Source: Histomonas meleagridis 2922-C6/04-290x (taxonomy: Eukaryota; Protista; Parabasalia). Taken from it: DNA of 64,000 nt. Every line of letters starts with the position of its first letter. The stretch's first letter is position 1. The position numbers were made by a program, and so were the translations under genes. Shown here one piece after another: positions 1 to 11,216 of the stretch. The stretch spans positions 1 through 64,000 of the forward strand of contig JAANOX010000093.1 in the NCBI GenBank assembly GCA_020184695.1, read 5' to 3'. The notes under the pieces are model-generated. The model had not been told where the DNA came from. It was given only the letters and a program-made list of their open reading frames with translations, and did not search any database.

Positions 1-125
1 TGTATTAACAACAAAAAAATAAACAGTATGATTATTGGAAAAATAACTTCAATAATTGATAATAATACAGTAGCTGTTTTTTTAAAGGATAATTAAAAAA
101 ATAATATATTTGAAATCTCTTATTT

Positions 126-2336
126 TTAATCATTGTCAATATGTTCTGTTTGATGATATATATTTTTATACTCATCTTTTAATATATAATACCACTTTCT
201 TTCACCAGAAGTTTGACGTTTTCTATAACACTTATCTTTTAATTGAAGTTGAAAAGACCTTTCTTTAATATCATATGGTTTATTATATAATACTTCTGAA
301 CATAACCAACCCTCACATAATTTATCATAATTATCACATATGAATTGTTCTACAGGGTTTCTAGAAGCTTCTATTAAATCTTGTTTAGATTCAGTTATAG
401 GTATGATTCTAGGATTATAATTATTAATATCTCTGTTCATAAAAATCTTTTAATAAATGATTATAAAACTCAGTAGTAAAACTGTTATATAAATTATTCC
501 AACAATCATTATTGTCCTTATATTTACCGTTACATAATAATACGACATATCTTCTGTCACCTGATTCTATTTTTACAGGATAACTGTTATTAGTAACGAA
601 TATACAATTAGCAACGTTTTCAGAAGTTCTTCTAGGTTGATTTTTTTCATTAATTCTAATAGTTTTATCAGTAATAATTGATTTTAAAGCATCAAAATTA
701 GCAAGTCTGTCTTCACCAACATTTTTTAATTCATTTAATACTAATAACATCTTACTTTCAACAACGCTGTTAAAATTACCTGTTAATTCACCTATTTGAT
801 TAATATTTTTTTCACTATATCCGCTTAATAATTCACAAATAACGTCAGTAAATGTATTCTTACCAATTCCTTGCAATCCTTTTTAAAACAATTGCAGTTT
901 CAGTTTTTTTACCGGGATTTTGTATTATATATGATACCCAATTTAATAGATAATTATATATATCATTATTATTATCAGCAATTACTTCTTTAATCATATT
1001 TAAGAAATTAGATATTATATCTATGTTTATTTTATCAACAGATTTGTATTTATATCCTTGAAATATAGAAAATATACCTTTATTGTTATTACTATAGAAT
1101 CTAACTCCCTTTATAGTTAGTTTTGATTGATATGCTATAAAAGCGTCGTAAGCAGTGATTGTTTTTCTATCATCTTTCCAAAGTTTAATCATTTTAAGCA
1201 ATTCTTTCATATTAGTATTTGTCATATAACCAATAACATATTTATCATTATGAATATCAAACGTTTTAATAATAAACATTAAATTATTACTTTCTACAAA
1301 TCTAATTACTTTGCTTAGATCTTCAACAATATCCTTAAAACATTTATATATATGTTTCTCAGCTTTCTCACGTATATTTGTCATGCTAAAATCGTCATTA
1401 AGTATTATATCATGTATAACAATATCGTCAACATCATTTTTGATGAATTTTTTATAAAAATCGTTATTATAAAGTTTGATTATTTTAATTAAAACTCCGT
1501 AATGAGTTTGTAAATGCATATATCTCTCTTTAGCATTATAAAAGTTAGATTTAGCATTAGGCGTTAAGTTACAATTATTATATATAAAGTCATATGCTTC
1601 ATTTATTACTTCATTAGGTAAACTATTAATAGCTTGAAATAGCGGGAATAATGTAATTTCTTTTGATAAAGGTATATCACCAGAATCATTACGTATTTCA
1701 AGACCTTCTAAACCATACATTAATGTTCTAGCAAAACCGACAGTGATATTGTCAGAGTTATTATACATCTTAATAATATTTTTGAACTTCCTGTGGTTGT
1801 TCTATAGTTATTTTTATATCTAAATCCTTTAATATATCATTAACATTTCTGATAATAATACTGTCATAATTACCTCTAATAAATTCATATGTTGAAATAG
1901 GTAATTTATGTGATGAATCTCTATATTTTGAAACCCGCCATTACAATTAATGAACGTTTATTTTCATCATAACAATTAAATATATCTATATCAAATTCAT
2001 TAGATTTATAACATTTAATCATTCTGTTATTATTAGCAATAAATTCATCAGTATTACAGTATATATGTAAACCGCCTGAAGCTGTTTTTTTACAATAATA
2101 TCATCATCAGATAACTTAGATAAAATATTATTACGTATTTTATCTTTAGTATCGTTATCTAAAGATTTATTTATATCAATATCTATTACTGATAAATTTT
2201 TAATTTTATTATTTAATAAAGCTTTGCCTGTAACAGTATTTCTTCCGGGTTGTCTTTTGTCGTGTTTATTGTAATTATATAAGTTGATGATATTATTACC
2301 AATACGTTCTTTTAATGTTGTCGGAGTCTGCGACAT
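126..2336 (-). mobile_element. Prim-Pol (bifunctional primase/polymerase) + SF3/D5-like helicase gene of a Maverick/Polinton- or virus-like element, split by ~5 single-base homopolymer frameshifts
   Basis: Stitching ORFs 2019-2336, the unlisted frame ~1790-2080, 860-1768, 424-876 and 126-440 gives VIDID...K(T)ASGGLHIY (Prim-Pol motifs), then NPGKKTETAIVLK|GLQGIGKN (Walker A), LLVLNE (Walker B) and IFVTNN...SGDRRY (motif C/Arg finger of SF3 helicases). Confidence 0.8.
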
Positions 2337-2399
2337 GATCTATTTTTATAAGAGGAAAAAAAATGAAATTATATAAAAACAATACTGTTTTTTAAAAGT

Positions 2400-3617
2400 A
2401 ATATTTTTGATATATATTTTTCCAAACATATTAATATATATATATATTTTGAAACATAATACTTATGAAAACAATACTTATAAAAACAATACTTATGAAA
2501 ACAATACTTATGAAAACAATACTTATGAAAACAATACTTATAAACATATTATTTTTCAACAATCAATATTACAGCAGATTTATAGTAAATCTATAGTATT
2601 TCTTCAAAGTCCTTGATGTCCCTGTCTGTCCGTAGACATATAACTTCTCTTAAAACTTACCCGCAACACGACAATTTACGCAATTACGCAACAAAAATAT
2701 TATTAACAATATAATTACAAACAACATAAGTTTTAAAAAATGTTGTGTAAAAATATATGTATTAAAAGTATGTTATTTTTGGTTATTTTTATAGTATTTC
2801 TTCAAAGTCCTTGATGTCCCTGTCTGTCCGTAGACATATAACTTCTCTTAAAACTTACCCGCAACACGACAATTTACGCAATTACGCAACATAACAACAA
2901 TAATATATATATATATTGCGTAATATATATTGCTAACAATTATTATAATAATAACCCTTTATAAAAGACGTAGACAGACAATATATATATATTATATTTT
3001 CAACAATTTATATTTCAACAATTTATATTTCAACAATTTATATATTAATAATATTATGTCTGACTATGTCTTTTATAAAAGGGTATTATTAAAATAATTT
3101 GTAGCAATATATATTATACAACATCATATGTTTGAAAATTGCGTGTTGCGTAGTTGCGTGTTGCGGGTAAGTTTTAAGAGAAGTGTTCGTCCATAAGACA
3201 ACCGTGGACACAAGGACTTTGAAGAATATATTTTGAAAATTCAACTTTCGAAAACCTAATATTTATCATTATCATGTTAGGATATATATTTTGAAAATTG
3301 CGTGTTGCGTAGTTGCGTGTTGCGGGTAAGTTTTAAGAGAAGTGTTCGTCCATAAGACAACCGTGGACACAAGGACTTTGAAGAATATATTTTGAAAATT
3401 CAACTTTCGAAAACCTAATATTTATCATTATCATGTAAGGATATATATGTTTGAAAATTCAACTTTCGAAAACCTAATATTTATCATTATCATGTTAGGA
3501 TATATGCTTTCAAAATTTAATTTTATTCTCGAAGCGAATGAGAATGAGCTGAGAGCACACACCGAGCGAAGCGAAGTGCACATAGAAACGAAGTGGAGAT
3601 GTGCTGTGTGTGTGTGT
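2400..3617. repeat. Copy 1 of a ~0.9-1.2 kb non-coding element (15-bp array, large imperfect palindrome with duplicated arms, ~58-bp repeats, GC-rich tail ending in (TG)n)
   Basis: Near-identical direct copy at 4228-5135; both start AATATTTTTGATATATATTTTTCC and end GTGGAGATGTGC(TG)n. Confidence 0.9.
2458..2545 (+). repeat. 15-bp tandem repeat (AATACTTATGAAAAC) x~5.5
   Basis: Directly visible; ~8.5 units in the second copy (4286-4418). Confidence 0.95.
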
Positions 3618-4206
3618 CGAGAAATATACTTATATAACACCTAAAAGAATGAATAAATTTATAAACATATATAATAATAGTTATCATTCTGCAATAAATT
3701 GTTCTCCTAATGAAATGTTTAATAATAAAGACTTAGAAAAAGAGTATATATTTAAGTGTTTAAAATTAGCAGAAAAGCAACAAAGAATTAAAGATTTGAT
3801 TATTCCAGTTGGTTCTTATGTTAGATATATACTACCACGACATGACGGTATACATAAAAAACGTTATCAAATAAGTAGAGAAATGTATAAAATAGATGAT
3901 CGCAAAGGTAATATGTATACATTAATTGCTAAAGATGGAACTGTTATAACAAAACCCAGATTTCAATTAATTATTGTTAAAAATGATAAACATAAACCAA
4001 AGTTTGCTAATACTATACCTAATAAATGGAATGGTTCTATAGAAAAGATATTATCATATGATAAAGCTAAAAATAAATATACTGTATTGTTTAAAGTTCC
4101 GGGAAGTAAACCTTATAAAGACATTATACCCGTAAGTTATTTACGTGGAAATACTCCTCAAAAAATAAGTGATATTGAAAAGCAATATTTCAAACAACAG
4201 CCTTGA
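3618..4206 (+). mobile_element. 5'-truncated retroviral-like (Maverick c-integrase type) integrase, C-terminal part
   Basis: YNNSYHSAINCSPNEM resembles the YNNxxHSxIxxxP motif that ends the integrase core in Mavericks, followed by an IPVGSYVR SH3-like segment; the DDE core is missing and is replaced by the (TG)n end of the palindromic element. Confidence 0.7.
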
Positions 4207-4227
4207 AATGTTAAAATAAAGGAAGTG

Positions 4228-5135
4228 AATATTTTTGATATATATTTTTCCAAACATATTAATATATATATATATTTTGAAACATAATACTTATGAAAAC
4301 AATACTTATGAAAACAATACTTATGAAAACAATACTTATGAAAACAATACTTATGAAAACAATACTTATGAAAACAATACTTATGAAAACAATACTTATG
4401 AAAACAATACTTATAAACATATTATTTTTCAACAATCAATATTACAGCAGATTTATAGTAAATCTATAGTATTTCTTCAAAGTCCTTGATGTCCCTGTCT
4501 GTCCGTAGACATATAACTTCATCTAAAACTTACCCGCAACACGACAATTTACGCAATTACGCAACATAACAACAATAATATATATATATATTGCGTAATA
4601 TATATTGCTAACAATTATTATAATAATAACCCTTTATAAAAGACGTAGACAGACAATATATATATATATTATATTTTCAACAATTTATATTTCAACAATT
4701 TATATTTCAACAATTTATATGTTAATAATATTATGTCTGACTATGTCTTTTATAAAAGGGTATTATTAAAATAATTTGTAGCAATATATATTATACAACA
4801 TCATATGTTTGAAAATTGCGTGTTGCGTAGTTGCGTGTTGCGGGTAAGTTTTAAGAGAAGTGTTCGTCCATAAGACAACCGTGGACACAAGGACTTTGAA
4901 GAATATATTTTGAAAATTCAACTTTCGAAAACCTAATATTTATCATTATCATGTTAGATATATATTTTGAAAATTCAACTTTCGAAAACCTAATATTTAT
5001 CATTATCATGTTAGGATATATACTTCAAAATTTAATTTTATTCTCGAAGCGAATGAGAATGAGCTGAGAGCACACACCGAGCGAAGCGAAGTGCACATAG
5101 AAACGAAGTGGAGATGTGCTGTGTGTGTGTGTGTG
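4228..5135. repeat. Copy 2 of the palindromic element
   Basis: Direct repeat of 2400-3617; 19-bp perfect inverted match 4525-4543 / 4834-4852; outer arms about 4470 and 4905. Confidence 0.9.
4286..4418 (+). repeat. 15-bp tandem repeat (AATACTTATGAAAAC) x~8.5
   Basis: Directly visible. Confidence 0.95.
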
Positions 5136-5500
5136 CTTATAATGAAACCTTTTTGAAGTAAATTTGTGTCTACTTTTGAAGTCTGCAATAAAGCCATTTG
5201 AACAGCTGAATGACTTAATATCTTCATCTGATGCATGAATACTTAAATAGTATTCAATTGCAATTTCTTTGAAATCTTCGTTTGTAAATAAGTTCCCATC
5301 TTCAATAATGCCTGTAATGTACGATACAAGTTCGTTTTCTTCACAATCAGAAAATATCCTTTTATTCTTACCCAAATAATTATTTTGAGGAGACCAGGCG
5401 GGATCATTCCTATAGCATTTCCCTTAATGTATGAAGTGTTGAGGCAGGTATTCCGGTGCGCTTGCTAAGAGATGGAATTAATTTTTCTATTTCGAAACTC
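5136..5500 (-). pseudogene. Pogo/Tigger (CENP-B-like HTH) transposase N-terminal fragment, truncated by the palindromic element
   Basis: LSKRTGIPASTL (psq-type HTH) upstream with stops, then FSCSNGFIADFKSRHKFTSKRFHYK (Tc5/CENP-B HTH signature), ending abruptly at the (CA)n of the element. Confidence 0.65.
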
Positions 5501-5768
5501 TACGCACATCAACATCCATATATCACTGTTGATATGTTGCTAATGATTCCTATATGGAGTTCTTGAGTATAACTTCGGTAAACGATTCATTAATAAAATC
5601 CGGTCAAAAACACAGATAAAATGATAAAGAATATGCTCCATTGAAAATTCTCAAAAATAAATAATGAAAATTAGAAAATTATAATTAATTATTTATTTAT
5701 AATACATAAAATGCACAACATTTATTGGCGTTTATCGTTGTTGAAATCTTTTTTTTGTTGAATTTTTC

Positions 5769-6227
5769 TCGTTTGTTGATTTCTTCTGGTTGTTGATTTC
5801 TTCTTGTTGTTAAATTCTTCTCGTTTGTTAAATTCTTCTTGTTTGTTGATTTCTTCTTGTTGTTGATTTCTTCTGGTTGTTGATTTCTTCTTGTTGTTAA
5901 ATTCTTCTCGTTTGTTAAATTCTTCTTGTTTGTTGATTTCTTCTTGTTGTTGATTTCTTCTGGTTGTTGATTTCTTCTTGTTGTTAAATTCTTCTCGTTT
6001 GTTAAATTCTTCTTGTTTGTTGATTTCTTCTTGTTGTTGATTTCTTCTGGTTGTTGATTTCTTCTTGTTGTTAAATTCTTCTCGTTTGTTAAATTCTTCT
6101 TGTTTGTTGATTTCTTCTTGTTGTTGATTTCTTCTTGTTGTTGATTTCTTCTTGTTGTTGATTTCTTCTTGTTGTTAAATTCTTCTCGTTTGTTAAATTC
6201 TTCTTGTTGTTAAAATCTTCTCGTTTG
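5769..6227. repeat. 17/18-bp minisatellite organised as an 87-bp higher-order repeat
   Basis: Units such as TTGTTGTTGATTTCTTC and TCGTTTGTTAAATTCTTC in a fixed 18-17-17-17-18 order; the diagnostic TGGTT unit recurs at 5787, 5874, 5961 and 6048. Confidence 0.9.
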
Positions 6228-7368
6228 CTGAGATTGCTGATTTATTCTCAGTACACACTACAGCGTAGTCTCTGGGCCATGAGCAGACCGAGCCCCGGCA
6301 CTCCGCTCTTACCCTACCACGAAGATCTCCTAGGGGTCCAGGACACGAATCGTGTGTTTACCGAGAGAACATTCATGGAGATGACCTCACACCATTTTTA
6401 TCAATTTTCAATGCCTGAAACTTTTTCTTTTCATCGTTTATCTTTGAGTTAAAATCAATGATTTATAAATTTTGAATTAACGGTTGCTTTTTTCCACTTT
6501 CAATACCATCACAATCTTCTCAATTTTTTGTGTAGGCAATTTTTTACGAAAGTAAGCGACAGAAGGGTATACTCGAATCGTTAAATTTTGTACGTTAGTT
6601 TTTATGAGGTTTACTTGAAAAAATCGAAGATTTTTTGGAAAAAATTCAAAATTTTTCATTACATAATTTATTTCCAAGAACAAAAAGTAATTTCCGGAAA
6701 ACTATAGATATATCTATTATCGAATATTATTATATATTGAGAATAGCTGTTGTGTAGGTAAGATAATGGTGAATCATTTATAATATATATTTTTTTACCT
6801 ATAATTGCAGAATGTTTTAAAATTAATACTGAATAGTTTATTTTCATTCCAAAAGAATTTAGAAGGGCATTACATATTCTAACTTTATTAAAGTTTTATT
6901 GATTTTTATTTAACATTTAGTTGTAAAAATTTGTTTGATTAATGTTCGAACCAAAAATCATCCTAAATCCAAATGATCCACTTCATCTCAATGAATAATC
7001 GAGTTTATAATAAATTACATATATGATTTAATTACCCTTTGTTTGAATATGTCTGGAAATGCAAGCAAATTTTAAAATTTGTTTCATGGAGTTCTAAATT
7101 TCACTTTTTTTATCCATATATATTTTTGGGCAATCAGAAATGAACGATCAATATTTGAAAGGAATTGAATGTATCGTCTTTCTCAATAAATTTTGATTGA
7201 TTTTTTATCGGACAAAGGGTAATTTCTTGTTGTAAAAAAATATTGTACTTGAAGTTACTGATAACAGTGAGTTTAACCCGGAACATAAAAAACAAATTAT
7301 TTTGATAATTTGATATATGTTTTAATAATTTTATATATGTTTTAATAATTTTATATATGTTTTAATAA

Positions 7369-10008
7369 TTTGAAACAGCACTTCATATAGCAGTTAGAAA
7401 TAATAATATAGAAATAGTAAAATTACTTTTAGATAAAGGAATTGATGTTAATGCAAAAACTATTCATTTGAATAATTTGGAATATGTTTTAATAATTTAT
7501 AATATGTTTTAATAATTTGGAATATGTTTTAATAATTTGAAACAGCACTTCATATAGCAGTTAGAAATAATAATATAGAAATAGTAAAATTACTTTTAGA
7601 TAAAGGAATTGATGTTAATGCAAAAACTATTCATTTGAATAATTTGGAATATGTTTTTAATAATTTATAATATGTTTTAATAATTTGGAATATGTTTTAA
7701 TAATTTGACACAGCACTTCATATAGCAGTTAGAAATAATAATATAGAAATAGTAAAATTACTTTTAGATAAAGGAATTGATGTTAATGCAAAATATATTC
7801 ATTTGAACAATTTGGAATATGTTTTAATAATTTATAATATGTTTTAATAATTTGGAATATGTTTTAATAATTTGGAATATGTTTTAATAATTTATAATAT
7901 GTTTTAATAATTTGGAATATGTTTTAATAATTTGACACAGCACTTCATATAGCAGTTAGAAATAATAATATAGAAATAGTAAAATTACTTTTAGATAAAG
8001 GAATTGATGTTAATGCAAAAAATATTCATTTGAATAATTTAGAATATGTTTTAATAATTTATAATATGTTTTAATAATTTAGAATATGTTTTTAATAATT
8101 TGAAACAGCACTTCATATAGCCGTTAGAAATAATAATATAGAAATAGTAAAATTACTTTTGGATAAAGGGATTGATGTTACTGCAAAAATATATTCATTT
8201 GAATAATTTGGAATATGTTTTAATAATTTGAAATATGTTTTAATAATTTGACACAGCACTTCATATAGCAGTTAGAAATAATAATATAGAAATAGTAAAA
8301 TTACTTTTAGATAAAGATGGAATTGATGTTAATGCAAAAGATATTCATTTGAATAATTTTATATATGTTTTAATAATTTGGAATATGTTTTAATAATTTG
8401 GAATATGTTTTAATAATTTGGAATATGTTTTAATAATTTGGAATATGTTTTAATAATTTATAATATGTTTTAATAATTTGAAACAGCACTTCATATAGCA
8501 GTAAGAAATAATAATATAGAAATAGTAAAAATTACTTTTAGATAAAGGAATTGATGTTAATGCAAAATATATTCATTTGAATAATTTGGAATATGTTTTA
8601 ATAATTTGAAACAGCACTTCATATAGCAGTTAGAAATAATAATATAGAAATAGTAAAATTACTTTTAGATAAAGGAATTGATGTTAATGCAAAATATATT
8701 CATTTGAATAATTTGGAATATGTTTTAATAATTTGAAACAGCACTTCATATAGCAGTTAGAAATAATAATATAGAAATAGTAAAATTACTTTTAGATAAA
8801 GGAATTGATGTTAATGCAAAAACTATTCATTTGGATAATTTAGAATATGTTTTAATAATTTGGAATATGTTTTAATAATTTGGAATATGTTTTAATAATT
8901 TGAAACAGCACTTCATATAGCAGTTAGAAATAATAATATAGAAATAGTAAAATTACTTTTAGATAAAGGAATTGATGTTAATGCAAAATATATTCATTTG
9001 AATAATTTGGAATATGTTTTAATAATTTGAAATATGTTTTAATAATTTGACACAGCACTTCATATAGCAGTTAGAAATAATAATATAGAAATAGTAAAAT
9101 TACTTTTAGATAAAGATGGAATTGATGTTAATGCAAAAGATATTCATTTGAATAATTTTATATATGTTTTAATAATTTGGAATATGTTTTAATAATTTGG
9201 AATATGTTTTAATAATTTGGAATATGTTTTAATAATTTGGAATATGTTTTAATAATTTATAATATGTTTTAATAATTTGAAACAGCACTTCATATAGCAG
9301 TTAGAAATAATAATATAGAAATAGTAAAATTACTTTTAGATAAAGGAATTGATGTTAATGCAAAAACTATTCATTTGAATAATTTTATATATGTTTTAAT
9401 AATTTGAAATATGTTTTAATAATTTAGAATATGTTTTAATAATTTAGAATATGTTTTAATAATTTAAAATATGTTTTAATAATTTATAATATGTTTTAAT
9501 AATTTGAAATATGTTTTAATAATTTGACACAGCACTTCATATAGCAGTTAGAAATAATAATATAGAAATAGTAAAATTACTTTTAGATAAAGGAATTGAT
9601 GTTAATGCAAAAACTATTCATTTGAATAATTTGGAATATGTTTTAATAATTTGGAATATGTTTTAATAATTTGGAATATGTTTTAATAATTTGAAATATG
9701 TTTTAATAATTTTATATATGTTTTAATAATTTGAAACATCACTTCATATATCAGTTAGAAATAATAATATAGAAATAGTAAAATTACTTTTAGATAAAGA
9801 TGGAATTGATGTTAATACAAAAAACATTCATTTGAATCATTTATAATATGTTTTAATAATTTGGAATTTATTTCATCAATATTTTACCTCAATTGAAATT
9901 GCACAACAAATAGGTTACATAGAATTAGTAAATTTGCTTCAAGAAAAAAAAAAAAATGAAAATTCCAATTCAGAATCATCTTCTATACTGATAAAGAATT
10001 CACAGTAG
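7369..10008 (+). other. Ankyrin locus A: 14 near-identical ankyrin repeats + 1 divergent terminal repeat, separated by non-GT-AG inserts built from a 20-nt unit
   Basis: Each ~96-99 nt block reads FETALHIAVRNNNIEIVKLLLDK(D)GIDVNAK[T/Y/N/D]I; spacers are CATTTGAATAA plus (TTTGGAATATGTTTTAATAA)n variants; the final block YFTSIEIAQQIGYIELVNLLQ... ends TAG at 10006-10008. The upstream (DUF3447-like) part at ~7100-7300 is decayed. Confidence 0.85.
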
Positions 10009-11216
10009 TAAACCGTATTCTTATTCTGAAAACCAGTCATGACTTGTAAATAGGATTTCCTATCCGCTGTCCACTTATTTTTGAAAATATCAGTAAACAT
10101 TAAATCTTCATTTCCAATAAGAAATGGAAATGAAGCATGAATTGCTAATAATCAAAATCAGCTCGAAGATCAAATGTATATAGAAAAGATTAGAAAGAAA
10201 AATATCAAAACAAAAGCTGATACAAACATACAAACATATGAAAATCATCAAAATAACAATATACATTATAACACTTTACCTATTGCCAAATGTATTCATA
10301 AAACAAAATATAAATACATAAAGACGATAATATTATAAAGTGCACAACAAGAAAACCTCAATAAAAAATTGCTGGAAACAACATGACAAAGATCATGCAG
10401 GATTTTTTATAATAATTGCTTTGGGTTCAATGACTTTTTGATATCTGTACTTGTTTATTTAATGCTTTAAAAATATTTTTGGATCTTTTAGTTTTATATT
10501 ATAATGTGGTCACCTTTCGGATGTTGAATTTTGTTTACAAACAACTAAATAATGTCTATATTTTTTGTTATGATATCATAAGAGCTGCTTTAAATGTTTA
10601 AAAGAAATTCCATAATTTTTGTTTTCGTTAATATGCATATATAAATTTTTGAAACTAAACATTTTATCTTTATCATTTTTATTAATATGTTTTAATCACT
10701 TATGTTTGGTAAAAATTCTATGCATTTCATCGTTAATATCTTTGAAATTACTATTAATATATCTTATAAAAGAATTATATTTCAAAATTCTACTCATATA
10801 TTTATTTAAAAAATCTAATAATTCAACGATTTTATAGAAAATAAAAAAATGAGCTTCTCTGTAGAGCTTAATTCACTAATAATGTTGACAAACACACAAA
10901 CCACATAATATTGTTTATTCCTTATCACCACAAATTCAACAATGGAAATAATTTTGAAAATTGAGATTTTTTATATTGTTCTTTATTAATCTTCCATGTA
11001 ATATAATTTCTGATTAGAATTTCAATTTTTTGTATACAATCATTTCATTGTAATTAATTTTAAAATCATGTAGAAATGCCTTTTGTAAATTATTGTGAGG
11101 CTGAAATACATTTCTGATATTAATAAATTAAAGGCCTTTAATTTAACAAATGATAACATTACAATAAACCGTTTAAATTTTCAATGTCACTTTTTGCACG
11201 TTATTAAATCCAATAA

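Noticed and set aside
2407-2616. ORFs with TYENN repeats (also 4235-4489)
   Set aside because: Translation of the 15-bp non-coding tandem array inside the repeated element; copy number differs between copies.
6480-6760. Possible transposon terminus (CpG-richer tract with a short palindrome)
   Set aside because: No matching inverted end or second copy in the window.
7369-9880. CRISPR-like appearance (conserved ~97-nt block plus variable spacers)
   Set aside because: The conserved block encodes an ankyrin repeat, the spacers are themselves tandem repeats, there are no cas genes, and the context is eukaryotic.
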